A DNA stretch of 53,117 bases, taken from the NCBI GenBank assembly GCA_051362555.1, contig CM120649.1:20258066-20311182 (forward strand). Reading direction: 5' to 3'. The position numbers were made by a program, and so were the translations under genes. This document shows positions 11,101-25,500 of this stretch, one piece after another. The first letter of the stretch is position 1, and each line of letters starts with the position of its first letter. This DNA comes from Lingula anatina (taxonomy: Eukaryota; Animalia; Brachiopoda). The notes below the pieces were generated by a model, which saw only the letters and a program-made list of their open reading frames with translations, did no database searches and was not told the DNA's origin.

Positions 11101-14100
11101 AGGTGTGCTTTCTGGCAATCTTTAAAGCTGAAATTGGGGGCTTTAATGAAGTGACCCGGGCGCGTTTCCACATTTTTTATGAATGTCAGGTGTGGTAAAT
11201 TGATTTTCATCACTTTTTGGAAAAATTTTTGACGGGTCATTTTTGGGTGATTTTGAGTGATTTTCGTAAGGTCCGGATATGGCAGTTTTCTTCAATTTTG
11301 GCCAGGTAGGGATGAAAAATTTTTTTCTTCAATATTGTGTCAGGTAGGTGTGTTGGTCATTTGTAGTGAGGATAAAGTACTGGAAGAGTGGTTGTGTCAT
11401 TATTAAGGAAGAAATAGAGCAAAAACTCTCTCCACCCCCCCCTCTCCAAATCCTGTTCTCAGGTGTGCTTTCTGGCAATCTTTAAAGCTGAAATTGGGGG
11501 CTTTAATGAAGTGACCCGGGCGCGTTTCCACATTTTTTATGAATGTCAGGTGTGGTAAATTGATTTTCATCACTTTTTGGAAAATTTTTGACGGGTCATT
11601 TTTGGGTGATTTTGAGTGATTTTCGTAAGGTCCGGATATGGCAGTTTTCTTCAATTTTGGCCAGGTAGGGATGAAAAATTTTTTCTTCAATATTGTGTCA
11701 GGTAGGTGTGTTTGGTCATTTGTAGTGAGGATAAAGTACTGGAAGAGTGGTTGTGTCATTATTAAGGAAGAAATAGAGCAAAAACTCTCTCCACCCCCCC
11801 CCTCTCCAAATCCTGTTCTCAGGTGTGCTTTCTGGCAATCTTTAAAGCTGAAATTGGGGGCTTTAATGAAGTGACCCGGGCGCGTTTCCACATTTTTTAT
11901 GAATGTCAGGTGTGGTAAATTGATTTTCATCACTTTTTGGAAAAATTTTTGACGGGTCATTTTTGGGTGATTTTGAGTGATTTTCGTAAGGTCCGGATAT
12001 GGCAGTTTTCCTTCAATTTTGGCCAGGTAGGGATGAAAAATTTTTTTCTTCAATATTGTGTCAGGTAGGTGTGTTTGGTCATTTGTAGTGAGGATAAAGT
12101 ACTGGAAGAGTGGTTGTGTCATTATTAAGGAAGAAATAGAGCAAAAACTCTCCACCCCCCCCTCTCCAAATCCTGTTCTCAGGTGTGCTTTCTGGCAATC
12201 TTTAAAGCTGAAATTGGGGGCTTTAATGAAGTGACCCGGGCGCGTTTCCACATTTTTTATGAATGTCAGGTGTGGTAAATTGATTTTCATCACTTTTTGG
12301 AAAAATTTTTGACGGGTCATTTTTGGGTGATTTTGAGTGATTTTCGTAAGGTCCGGATATGGCAGTTTTCTTCAATTTTGGCCAGGTAGGGATGAAAAAT
12401 TTTTTTCTTCAATATTGTGTCAGGTAGGTGTGTTTGGTCATTTGTAGTGAGGATAAAGTACTGGAAGAGTGGTTGTGTCATTATTAAGGAAGAAATAGAG
12501 CAAAAACTCTCTCCACCCCCCCCCTCTCCAAATCCTGTTCTCAGGTGTGCTTTCTGGCAATCTTTAAAGCTGAAATTGGGGGCTTTAATGAAGTGACCCC
12601 GGGCGCGTTTCCACATTTTTTATGAATGTCAGGTGTGGTAAATTGATTTTCATCACTTTTTGGAAAAATTTTTGACGGGTCATTTTTGGGTGATTTTGAG
12701 TGATTTTCGTAAGGTCCGGATATGGCAGTTTTCTTCAATTTTGGCCAGGTAGGGATGAAAAATTTTTTTCTTCAATATTGTGTCAGGTAGGTGTGTTTGG
12801 TCATTTGTAGTGAGGATAAAGTACTGGAAGAGTGGTTGTGTCATTATTAAGGAAGAAATAGAGCAAAAACTCTCTCCACCCCCCCCCCTCTCCAAATCCT
12901 GTTCTCAGGTGTGCTTTCTGGCAATCTTTAAAGCTGAAATTGGGGGGCTTTAATGAAGTGACCCGGGCGCGTTTCCACATTTTTTATGAATGTCAGGTGT
13001 GGTAAATTGATTTTCATCACTTTTTGGAAAAATTTTTGACGGGTCATTTTTGGGTGATTTTGAGTGATTTTCGTAAGGTCCGGATATGCAGTTTTCTTCA
13101 ATTTTGGCCAGGTAGGGATGAAAAATTTTTTTCTTCAATATTGTGTCAGGTAGGTGTGTTTGGTCATTTGTAGTGAGGATAAAGTACTGGAAGAGTGGTT
13201 GTGTCATTATTAAGGAAGAAATAGAGCAAAAACTCTCTCCACCCCCCCCCTCTCCAAATCCTGTTCTCAGGTGTGCTTTCTGGCAATCTTTAAAGCTGAA
13301 ATTGGGGGCTTTAATGAAGTGACCCGGGCGCGTTTCCACATTTTTTATGAATGTCAGGTGTGGTAAATTGATTTTCATCACTTTTTGGAAAAATTTTTGA
13401 CGGGTCATTTTTGGGTGATTTTGAGTGATTTTCGTAAGGTCCGGATATGGCAGTTTTCTTCAATTTTGGCCAGGTAGGGATGAAAATTTTTTTCTTCAAT
13501 ATTGTGTCAGGTAGGTGTGTTTGGTCATTTGTAGTGAGGATAAAGTACTGGAAGAGTGGTTGTGTCATTATTAAGGAAGAAATAGAGCAAAAACTCTCTC
13601 CACCCCCCCCCCCTCTCCAAATCCTGTTCTCAGGTGTGCTTTCTGGCAATCTTTAAAGCTGAAATTGGGGGCTTTAATGAAGTGACCCGGGCGCGTTTCC
13701 ACATTTTTTATGAATGTCAGGTGTGGTAAATTGATTTCATCACTTTTTGGAAAAATTTTTGACGGGTCAATTTTTGGGTGATTTTGAGTGATTTTCGTAA
13801 GGTCCGGATATGGCAGTTTTCTTCAATTTTGGCCAGGTAGGGATGAAAAATTTTTTTCTTCAATATTGTGTCAGGTAGGTGTGTTTGGTCATTTGTAGTG
13901 AGGATATAGTACTGGAAGAGTGGTTGTGTCATTATTAAGGAAGAAATAGAGCAAAAACTCTCTCCACCCCCCCCCCTCTCCAAATCCTGTTCTCAGGTGT
14001 GCTTTCTGGCAATCTTTAAAGCTGAAATTGGGGGCTTTAATGAAGTGACCCGGGCGCGTTTCCACATTTTTTATGAATGTCAGGTGTGGTAAATTGATTT

Positions 14101-17100
14101 TCATCACTTTTTGGAAAAATTTTGACGGGTCATTTTTGGGTGATTTTGAGTGATTTTCGTAAGGTCCGGATATGGCAGTTTTCTTCAATTTTGGCCAGGT
14201 AGGGATGAAAAATTTTTTTTCTTCAATATTGTGTCAGGTAGGTGTGTTTGGTCATTTGTAGTGAGGATAAAGTACTGGAAGAGTGGTTGTGTCATTATTA
14301 AGGAAGAAATAGAGCAAAAACTCTCTCCACCCCCCCCCCCCTCTCCAAATCCTGTTCTCAGGTGTGCTTTCTGGCAATCTTTAAAGCTGAAATTGGGGGC
14401 TTTAATGAAGTGACCCGGGCGCGTTTCCACATTTTTTATGAATGTCAGGTGTGGTAAATTGATTTTCATCACTTTTTGGAAAAATTTTTGACGGGTCATT
14501 TTTGGGTGATTTTGAGTGATTTTCGTAAGGTCCGGATATGGCAGTTTTCTTCAATTTGGCCAGGTAGGGATGAAAAATTTTTTTCTTCAATATTGTGTCA
14601 GGTAGGTGTGTTTGGTCATTTGTAGTGAGGATAAAGTACTGGAAGAGTGGTTGTGTCATTATTAAGGAAGAAATAGAGCAAAAACTCTCTCCACCCCCCC
14701 CCTCTCCAAATCCTGTTCTCAGGTGTGCTTTCTGGCAATCTTTAAAGCTGAAATTGGGGGCTTTAATGAAGTGACCCGGGCGCGTTTCCACATTTTTTAT
14801 GAATGTCAGGTGTGGTAAATTGATTTTCATCACTTTTTGGAAAAATTTTTGACGGGTCATTTTTGGGTGATTTTGAGTGATTTTCGTAAGGTCCGGATAT
14901 GGCAGTTTTCTTCAATTTTGGCCAGGTAGGGGATGAAAAATTTTTTTCTTCAATATTGTGTCAGGTAGGTGTGTTTGGTCATTTGTAGTGAGGATAAAGT
15001 ACTGGAAGAGTGGTTGTGTCATTATTAAGGAAGAAATAGAGCAAAAACTCTCTCCACCCCCCCCCTCTCCAAATCCTGTTCTCAGGTGTGCTTTCTGGCA
15101 ATCTTTAAAGCTGAAATTGGGGGCTTTAATGAAGTGACCCGGGCGCGTTTCCACATTTTTTATGAATGTCAGGTGTGGTAAATTGATTTTCATCACTTTT
15201 TGGAAAAATTTTTGACGGGTCATTTTTGGGTGATTTTGAGTGATTTTCGTAAGGTCCGGATATGGCAGTTTTCTTCAATTTTGGCCAGGTAGGGATGAAA
15301 AATTTTTTTCTTCAATATTGTGTCAGGTAGGTGTGTTTGGTCATTTGTAGTGAGGATAAAGTACTGGAAGAGTGGTTGTGTCATTATTAAGGAAGAAATA
15401 GAGCAAAAACTCTCTCCACCCACCCCTCTCCAAATCCTGTTCTCAGGTGTGCTTTCTGGCAATCTTTAAAGCTGAAATAGGGGGCTTTAATGAAGTGACC
15501 CGGGCGCGTTTCCACATTTTTTATGAATGTCAGGTGTGGTAAATTGATTTTCATCACTTTTTGGAAAAATTTTTGACGGGTCATTTTTGGGTGATTTTGA
15601 GTGATTTTCGTAAGGTCCGGATATGGCAGTTTTCTTCAATTTTGGCCAGGTAGGGATGAAAAATTTTTTTCTTCAATATTGTGTCAGGTAGGTGTGTTTG
15701 GTCATTTGTAGTGAGGATAAAGTACTGGAAGAGTGGTTGTGTCATTATTAAGGAAGAAATAGAGCAAAAACTCTCTCCACCCCCCCCTCTCCAAATCCTG
15801 TTCTCAGGTGTGCTTTCTGGCAATCTTTAAAGCTGAAATTGGGGCTTTAATGAAGTGACCCGGGCGCGTTTCCACATTTTTTATGAATGTCAGGTGTGGT
15901 AAATTGATTTTCATCACTTTTTGGAAAAATTTTTGACGGGTCTTTGACGGTTTTGGATTTTGAGTGATTTTCGTAAGGTCCGGATATGGCAGTTTTCTTC
16001 AATTTTGGCCAGGTAGGGATGAAAAATTTTTTTCTTCAATATTGTGTCAGGTAGGTGTGTTTGGTCATTTGTAGTGAGGATAAAGTACTGGAAGAGTGGT
16101 TGTGTCATTATTAAGGAAGAAATAGAGCAAAAACTCTCTCCACCCCCCCCTCTCCAAATCCTGTTCTCAGGTGTGCTTTCTGGCAATCTTTAAAGCTGAA
16201 ATTGGGGGCTTTAATGAAGTGACCCGGGCGCGTTTCCACATTTTTTATGAATGTCAGGTGTGGTAAATTGATTTTCATCACTTTTTGGAAAAATTTTTGA
16301 CGGGTCATTTTTGGGTGATTTTGAGTGATTTTCGTAAGGTCCGGATATGGCAGTTTTCTTCAATTTTGGCCAGGTAGGGATGAAAAATTTTTTTCTTCAA
16401 TATTGTGTCAGGTAGGTGTGTTTGGTCATTTGTAGTGAGGATAAAGTACTGGAAGAGTGGTTGTGTCATTATTAAGGAAGAAATAGAGCAAAAACTCTCT
16501 CCACCCCCCCCCTCTCCAAATCCTGTTCTCAGGTGTGCTTTCTGGCAATCTTTAAAGCTGAAATTGGGGGCTTTAATGAAGTGACCCGGGCGCGTTTCCA
16601 CATTTTTTATGAATGTCAGGTGTGGTAAATTGATTTTCATCACTTTTTGGAAAAATTTTTGACGGGTCATTTTTGGGTGATTTTGAGTGATTTTCGTAAG
16701 GTCCGGATATGGCAGTTTTCTTCAATTTTGGCCAGGTAGGGATGAAAAATTTTTTTCTTCAATATTGTGTCAGGTAGGTGTGTTTGGTCATTTGTAGTGA
16801 GGATAAAGTACTGGAAGAGTGGTTGTGTCATTATTAAGGAAGAAATAGAGCAAAAACTCTCTCCACCCCCCCCCTCTCCAAATCCTGTTCTCAGGTGTGC
16901 TTTCTGGCAATCTTTAAAGCTGAAATTGGGGGCTTTAATGAAGTGACCCGGGCGCGTTTCCACATTTTTTATGAATGTCAGGTGTGGTAAATTGATTTTC
17001 ATCACTTTTTGGAAAAATTTTTGACGGGTCATTTTTGGGTGATTTTGAGTGATTTTCGTAAGGTCCGGATATGGCAGTTTTCTTCAATTTTGGCCAGGTA

Positions 17101-19562
17101 GGGATGAAAAATTTTTTTCTTCAATATTGTGTCAGGTAGGTGTGTTTGGTCATTTGTAGTGAGGATAAAGTACTGGAAGAGTAGTTGTGTCATTATTAAG
17201 GAAGAAATAGAGCAAAAACTCTCTCCACCCCCCCCCTCTCCAAATCCTGTTCTCAGGTGTGCTTTCTGGCAATCTTTAAAGCTGAAATTGGGGGCTTTAA
17301 TGAAGTGACCCGGGCGCGTTTCCACATTTTTTATGAATGTCAGGTGTGGTAAATTGATTTTCATCACTTTTTGGAAAAATTTTTGACGGGTCATTTTTGG
17401 GTGATTTTGAGTGATTTTCGTAAGGTCCGGATATGGCAGTTTTCTTCAATTTTGGCCAGGTAGGGATGAAAAATTTTTTTCTTCAATATTGTGTCAGGTA
17501 GGTGTGTTTGGTCATTTGTAGTGAGGATAAAGTACTGGAAGAGTGGTTGTGTCATTATTAAGGAAGAAATAGAGCAAAAACTCTCTCCACCCCCCCCCTC
17601 TCCAAATCCTGTTCTCAGGTGTGCTTTCTGGCAATCTTTAAAGCTGAAATTGGGGGCTTTAATGAAGTGACCCGGGCGCGTTTCCACATTTTTTATGAAT
17701 GTCAGGTGTGGTAAATTGATTTTCATCACTTTTTGGAAAAATTTTTGACGGGTCATTTTTGGGTGATTTTGAGTGATTTTCGTAAGGTCCGGATATGGCA
17801 GTTTTCTTCAATTTTGGCCAGGTAGGGATGAAAAATTTTTTTCTTCAATATTGTGTCAGGTAGGTGTGTTTGGTCATTTGTAGTGAGGATAAAGTACTGG
17901 AAGAGTGGTTGTGTCATTATTAAGGAAGAAATAGAGCAAAAACTCTCTCCACCCCCCCCTCTCCAAATCCTGTTCTCAGGTGTGCTTTCTGGCAATCTTT
18001 AAAGCTGAAATTGGGGGCTTTAATGAAGTGACCCGGGCGCGTTTCCACATTTTTTATGAATGTCAGGTGTGGTAAATTGATTTTCATCACTTTTTGGAAA
18101 AATTTTTGACGAGTTATTTTTGGGTGATTTTGAGTGATTTTCGTAAGGTCCGGATATGGCAGTTTTTCTTCAATTTTGGCCAGGTAGGGATGAAAAATTT
18201 TTTTCTTCAATATTGTGTCAGGTAGGTGTGTTTGGTCATTTGTAGTGAGGATAAAGTACTGGAAGAGTGGTTGTGTCATTATTAAGGAAGAAATAGAGCA
18301 AAAACTCTCTCCACCCCCCCCCTCTCCAAATCCTGTTCTCAGGTGTGCTTTCTGGCAATCTTTAAAGCTGAAATTGGGGGCTTTAATGAAGTGACCCGGG
18401 CGCGTTTCCACATTTTTTATGAATGTCAGGTGTGGTAAATTGATTTTCATCACTTTTTGGAAAAATTTTTGACGGGTCATTTTTGGGTGATTTTGAGTGA
18501 TTTTCGTAAGGTCCGGATATGGCAGTTTTCTTCAATTTTGGCCAGGTAGGGATGAAAAATTTTTTTCTTCAATATTGTGTCAGGTAGGTGTGTTTGGTCA
18601 TTTGTAGTGAGGATAAAGTACTGGAAGAGTGGTTGTGTCATTATTAAGGAAGAAATAGAGCAAAAACTCTCTCCACCCCCCCCCCTCTCCCAAATCCTGT
18701 TCTCAGGTGTGCTTTCTGGCAATCTTTAAAGCTGAAATTGGGGGCTTTAATGAAGTGACCCGGGCGCGTTTCCACATTTTTTATGAATGTCAGGTGTGGT
18801 AAATTGATTTTCATCACTTTTTGGAAAAATTTTTGACGGGTCATTTTTGGGTGATTTTGAGTGATTTTCGTAAGGTCCGGATATGGCAGTTTTCTTCAAT
18901 TTTGGCCAGGTAGGGATGAAAAATTTTTTTCTTCAATATTGTGTCAGGTAGGTGTGTTTGGTCATTTGTAGTGAGGATAAAGTACTGGAAGAGTGGTTGT
19001 GTCATTATTAAGGAAGAAATAGAGCAAAAACTCTCTCCACCCCCCCCTCTCCAAATCCTGTTCTCAGGTGTGCTTTCTGGCAATCTTTAAAGCTGAAATT
19101 GGGGCTTTAATGAAGTGACCCGGGCGCGTTTCCACATTTTTTATGAATGTCAGGTGTGGTAAATTGATTTTCATCACTTTTTGGAAAAATTTTTGACGGG
19201 TCATTTTTGGGTGATTTTGAGTGATTTTCGTAAGGTCCGGATATGGCAGTTTTCTTCAATTTTGGCCAGGTAGGGATGAAAAATTTTTTTCTTCAATATT
19301 GTGTCAGGTAGGTGTGTTTGGTCATTTGTAGTGAGGATAAAGTACTGGAAGAGTGGTTGTGTCATTATTAAGGAAGAAATAGAGCAAAAACTCTCTCCAC
19401 CCCCCCCCTCTCCAAATCCTGTTCTCAGGTGTGCTTTCTGGCAATCTTTAAAGCTGAAATTGGGGGCTTTAATGAAGTGACCCGGGCGCGTTTCCACATT
19501 TTTTATGAATGTCAGGTGTGGTAAATTGATTTTCATCACTTTTTGGAAAAATTTTTGACGGG

Positions 19563-22500
19563 TCATTTTTGGGTGATTTTGAGTGATTTTCGTAAGGTCC
19601 GGATATGGCAGTTTTCTTCATTTTGGCCAGGTAGGGATGTAAAATTTTTTCTTCAATATTGTGTCAGGTAGGTGTGTTTGGTCATTTGTAGTGAGGATAA
19701 AGTACTGGAAGAGTGGTTGTATCATTATTAAGGAAGAAATAGAGCAAAAACTCTCTCCACCCCCCCCTCTCCAAATCCTGTTCTCAGGTGTGCTTTCGGG
19801 CAATCTTTAAAGCTGAAATTGGGGGCTTTAATGAAGTGACCCGGGCGCGTTTCCACATTTTTTATGAATGTCAGGTGTGGTAAATTGATTTTCATCACTT
19901 TTTGGAAAAATTTTTGACGGGTCATTTTTGGGTGATTTTGAGTGATTTTCGTAAGGTCCGGATATAGCAGTTTTCTTCAGTTTTGGCCAGGTAGGGATGA
20001 AAAATTTTTTTCTTCAATATTGTGTCAGGTAGGTGTGTTTGGTCATTTGTAGTGAGGATAAAGTACTGGAAGAGTGGTTGTATCATTATTAAGGAAGAAA
20101 TAGAGCAAAAACTCTCTCCACCCACCCTCTCCAAATCCTGTTCTCAGGTGTGCTTTCTGGCAATCTTTAAAGCTGAAATTGGGGGCTTTAATGAAGTGAC
20201 CCGGGCGCGTTTCCACATTTTTTATGAATGTCAGGTGTGGTAAAATTGATTTTCATCACTTTTTGGAAAAATTTTTGACGGGTCATTTTTGGGTGATTTT
20301 GAGTGATTTTCGTAAGGTCCGGATATGGCAGTTTTCTTCAATTTTGGCCAGGTAGGGATGAAAAATTTTTTTCTTCAATATTGTGTCAGGTAGGTGTGTT
20401 TGGTCATTTGTAGTGAGGATAAAGTACTGGAAGAGTGGTTGTATCATTATTAAGGAAGAAATAGAGCAAAAACTCTCTCCACCCCTCCCTCTCCAAATCC
20501 TGTTCTCAGGTGTGCTTTCTGGCAATCTTTAAAGCTGAAATTGGGGGCTTTAATGAAGTGACCCGGGCGCGTTTCCACATTTTTTATGAATGTCAGGTGT
20601 GGTAAATTGATTTTCATCACTTTTTGGAAAAATTTTTGATGGGTCATTTTTGGGTGATTTTGAGTGATTTTCGTAAGGTCCGGATATGGCAGTTTCTTCA
20701 ATTTTGGCCAGGTAGGGATGAAAAATTTTTTTCTTCAATATTGTGTCAGGTAGGTGTGTTTGGTCATTTGTAGTGAGGATAAAGTACTGGAAGAGTGGTT
20801 GTATCATTATTAAGGAAGAAATAGAGCAAAAACTCTCTCCACCCCCCCCTCTCCAAATCCTGTTCTCAGGTGTGCTTTCTGGCAATCTTTAAAGCTGAAA
20901 TTGGGGGCTTTAATGAAGTGACCCGGGCGCGTTTCCACATTTTTTATGAATGTCAGGTGTGGTAAATTGATTTTCATCACTTTTTGGAAAAATTTTTGAC
21001 GGGTCATTTTTGGGTGATTTTGAGTGATTTTCGTAAGGTCCGGATATGGCAGTTTTCTTCAGTTTTGGCCAGGTAGGGATGAAAAATTTTTTTCTTCAAT
21101 ATTGTGTCAGGTAGGTGTGTTTGGTCATTTGTAGTGAGGATAAAGTACTGGAAGAGTGGTTGTATCATTATTAAGGAAGAAATAGAGCAAAAACTCTCTC
21201 CACCCCCCCCTCTCCAAATCCTGTTCTCAGGTGTGCTTTCTGGCAATCTTTAAAGCTGAAATTGGGGGCTTTAATGAAGTGACCCGGGCGCGTTTCCACA
21301 TTTTTTATGAATGTCAGGTGTGGAAAATTGATTTTCATCACTTTTTGGAAAAATTTTTGACGGGTCATTTTTGGGTGATTTTGAGTGATTTTCGTAAGGT
21401 CCGGATATGGCAGTTTTCTTCAATTTTGGCCAGGTAGGGATGAAAAATTTTTTTCTTCAATATTGTGTCAGGTAGGTGTGTTTGGTCATTTGTAGTGAGG
21501 ATAAAGTACTGGAAGAGTGGTTGTATCATTATTAAGGAAGAAATAGAGCAAAAACTCTCTCCACCCCTCCCTCTCCAAATCCTGTTCTCAGGTGTGCTTT
21601 CTGGCAATCTTTAAAGCTGAAATTGGGGGCTTTAATGAAGTGACCCGGGCGCGTTTCCACATTTTTTATGAATGTCAGGTGTGGTAAATTGATTTTCATC
21701 ACTTTTTGGAAAAATTTTTGACGGGTCATTTTTGGGTGATTTTGAGTGATTTTCGTAAGGTCCGGATATGGCAGTTTTCTTCAATTTTGGTCAGGTAGGG
21801 ATGAAAAATTTTTTTCTTCAATATTGTGTCAGGTAGGTGTGTTTGGTCATTTGTAGTGAGGATAAAGTACTGGAAGAGTGGTTGTATCATTATTAAGGAA
21901 GAAATAGAGCAAAAACTCTCTCCACCCCCCCCTCTCCAAATCCTGTTCTCAGGTGTGCTTTCTGGCAATCTTTAAAGCTGAAATTGGGGGCTTTAATGAA
22001 GTGACCCGGGCGCGTTTCCACATTTTTTATGAATGTCAGGTGTGGTAAATTGATTTTCATCACTTTTTGGAAAAATTTTTGACGGGTCATTTTTGGGTGA
22101 TTTTGAGTGATTTTCGTAAGGTCGGGATATGGCAGTTTTCTTCAATTTTGGCCAGGTAGGGATGAAAAATTTTTTTCTTCAATATTGTGTCAGGTAGGTG
22201 TGTTTGGTCATTTGTAGTGAGGATAAAGTACTGGAAGAGTGGTTGTATCATTATTAAGGAAGAAATAGAGCAAAAACTCTCTCCACCCCCCCCTCTCCAA
22301 ATCCTGTTCTCAGGTGTGCTTTCTGGCAATCTTTAAAGCTGAAATTGGGGGCTTTAATGAAGTGACCCGGGCGCGTTTCCACATTTTTTATGAATGTCAG
22401 GTGTGGTAAATTGATTTTCATCACTTTTTGGAAAAATTTTTGACGGGTCATTTTTGGGTGATTTTGAGTGATTTTCGTAAGGTCCGGATATGGCAGTTTT

Positions 22501-25500
22501 CTTCAATTTTGGCCAGGTAGGGATGAAAAATTTTTTTCTTCAATATTGTGTCAGGTAGGTGTGTTTGGTCATTTGTAGTGAGGATAAAGTACTGGAAGAG
22601 TGGTTGTATCATTATTAAGGAAGAAATAGAGCAAAAACTCTCTCCACCCCCCCCTCTCCAAATCCTGTTCTCAGGTGTGCTTTCTGGCAATCTTTAAAGC
22701 TGAAATTGGGGGCTTTAATGAAGTGACCCGGGCGCGTTTCCACATTTTTTATGAATGTCAGGTGTGGTAAATTGATTTTCATCACTTTTTGGAAAAATTT
22801 TTGACGGGTCATTTTTGGGTGATTTTGAGTGATTTTCGTAAGGTCCGGATATGGCAGTTTTCTTCAATTTTGGCCAGGTAGGGATGAAAAATTTTTTTCT
22901 TCAATATTGTGTCAGGTAGGAGTGTTTGGTCATTTGTAGTGAGGATAAAGTACTGGAAGAGTGGTTGTATTATTATTAAGGAAGAAATAGAGCAAAAACT
23001 CTCTCCACCCCCCCCTCTCCAAATCCTGTTCTCAGGTGTGCTTTCTGGCAATCTTTAAAGCTGAAATTGGGGGCTTTAATGAAGTGACCCGGGCGCGTTT
23101 CCACATTTTTTATGAATGTCAGGTGTGGTAAATTGATTTTCATCACTTTTTGGAAAAATTTTTGACGGGTCATTTTTGGGTGATTTTGAGTGATTTTCGT
23201 AAGGTCCGGATATGGCAGTTTTCTTCAATTTTGGCCAGGTAGGGATGAAAAATTTTTTTCTTCAATATTGTGTCAGGTAGGTGTGTTTGGTCATTTGTAG
23301 TGAGGATAAAGTACTGGAAGAGTGGTTGTATCATTATTAAGGAAGAAATAGAGCAAAAACTCTCTCCACCCCCCCCTCTCCAAATCCTGTTCTCAGGTGT
23401 GCTTTCTGGCAATCTTTAAAGCTGAAATTGGGGGCTTTAATGAAGTGACCCGGGCGCGTTTCCACATTTTTTATGAATGTCAGGTGTGGTAAATTGATTT
23501 TCATCACTTTTTGGAAAAATTTTTGACGGGTCATTTTTGGGTGATTTTGAGTGATTTTCGTAAGGTCCGGATATGGCAGTTTTCTTCAATTTTGGCCAGG
23601 TAGGGATGAAAAATTTTTTTCTTCAATATTGTGTCAGGTAGGAGTGTTTGGTCATTTGTAGTGAGGATAAAGTACTGGAAGAGTGGTTGTATTATTATTA
23701 AGGAAGAAATAGAGCAAAAACTCTCTCCACCCCCCCCTCTCCAAATCCTGTTCTCAGGTGTGCTTTCTGGCAATCTTTAAAGCTGAAATTGGGGGCTTTA
23801 ATGAAGTGACCCGGGCGCGTTTCCACATTTTTTATGAATGTCAGGTGTGGTAAATTGATTTTCATCACTTTTTGGAAAAATTTTTGACGGGTCATTTTTG
23901 GGTGATTTTGAGTGATTTTCGTAAGGTCCGGATATGGCAGTTTTCTTCAATTTTGGCCAGGTAGGGATGAAAAATTTTTTTCTTCAATATTGTGTCAGGT
24001 AGGAGTGTTTGGTCATTTGTAGTGAGGATAAAGTACTGGAAGAGTGGTTGTATCATTATTAAGGAAGAAATAGAGCAAAAACTCTCTCCACCCCCCCCTC
24101 TCCAAATCCTGTTCTCAGGTGTGCTTTCTGGCAATCTTTAAAGCTGAAATTGGGGGCTTTAATGAAGTGACCCGGGCGCGTTTCCACATTTTTTATGAAT
24201 GTCAGGTGTGGTAAATTGATTTTCATCACTTTTTGGAAAAATTTTTTTCGGGTCATTTTTGGGTGATTTTGAGTGATTTTCGTAAGGTCCGGATATGGCA
24301 GTTTTCTTCAATTTTGGCCAGGTAGGGATGAAAAATTTTTTTCTTCAATATTGTGTCAGGTAGGTGTGTTTGGTCATTTGTAGTGAGGATAAAGTACTGG
24401 AAGAGTGGTTGTATCATTATTAAGGAAGAAATAGAGCAAAAACTCTCTCCACCCCCTCCCTCTCCAAATCCTGTTCTCAGGTGTGCTTTCTGGCAATCTT
24501 TAAAGCTGAAATTGGGGGCTTTAATGAAGTGACCCGGACGCGTTTCCACATTTTTTATGAATGTCAGGTGTGGTAAATTGATTTTCATCACTTTTTGGAA
24601 AAATTTTTGACGGGTCATTTTTGGGTGATTTTGAGTGATTTTCGTAAGGTCCGGATATGGCAGTTTTCTTCAATTTTGGCCAGGTAGGGATGAAAAATTT
24701 TTTTCTTCAATATTGTGTCAGGTAGGTGTGTTTGGTCATTTGTAGTGAGGATAAAGTACTGGAAGAGTGGTTGTATCATTATTAAGGAAGAAATAGAGCA
24801 AAAACTCTCTCCACCCCCCCCCCCTCTCCAAATCCTGTTCTCAGGTGTGCTTTCTGGCAATCTTTAAAGCTGAAATTGGGGGCTTTAATGAAGTGACCCG
24901 GGCGCGTTTCCACATTTTTTATGAATGTCAGGTGTGGTAAATTGATTTTCATCACTTTTTGGAAAAATTTTTGACGGGTCATTTTTGGGTGATTTTGAGT
25001 GATTTTCGTAAGGTCCGGATATGGCAGTTTTCTTCAATTTTGGCCAGGTAGGGATGAAAAATTTTTTTCTTCAATATTGTGTCAGGTAGGTGTGTTTGGT
25101 CATTTGTAGTGAGGATAAAGTACTGGAAGAGTGGTTGTATCATTATTAAGGAAGAAATAGAGCAAAAACTCTCTCCACCCCCCCCTCTCCAAATCCTGTT
25201 CTCAGGTGTGCTTTCTGGCAATCTTTAAAGCTGAAATTGGGGGCTTTAATGAAGTGACCCGGGCGCGTTTCCACATTTTTTATGAATGTCAGGTGTGGTA
25301 AATTGATTTTCATCACTTTTTGGAAAAATTTTTGACGGGTCATTTTTGGGTGATTTTGAGTGATTTTCGTAAGGTCCGGATATGGCAGTTTTCTTCAATT
25401 TTGGCCAGGTAGGGATGAAAAATTTTTTTCTTCAATATTGTGTCAGGTAGGTGTGTTTGGTCATTTGTAGTGAGGATAAAGTACTGGAAGAGTGGTTGTA

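Larger units (their letters stand above)
1..19562. repeat. Satellite domain A (~54 units; haplotype GTTGTGTCATT / TTGTGTCAGG / ATAGAGC / GACCCGGG)
   Basis: Units read GGTTGTGTCATT up to the last G allele at 19361. The minus-strand translations read ...LIMTQP... up to the unit at 19201. The true boundary lies between 19362 and 19720. Confidence 0.92.
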
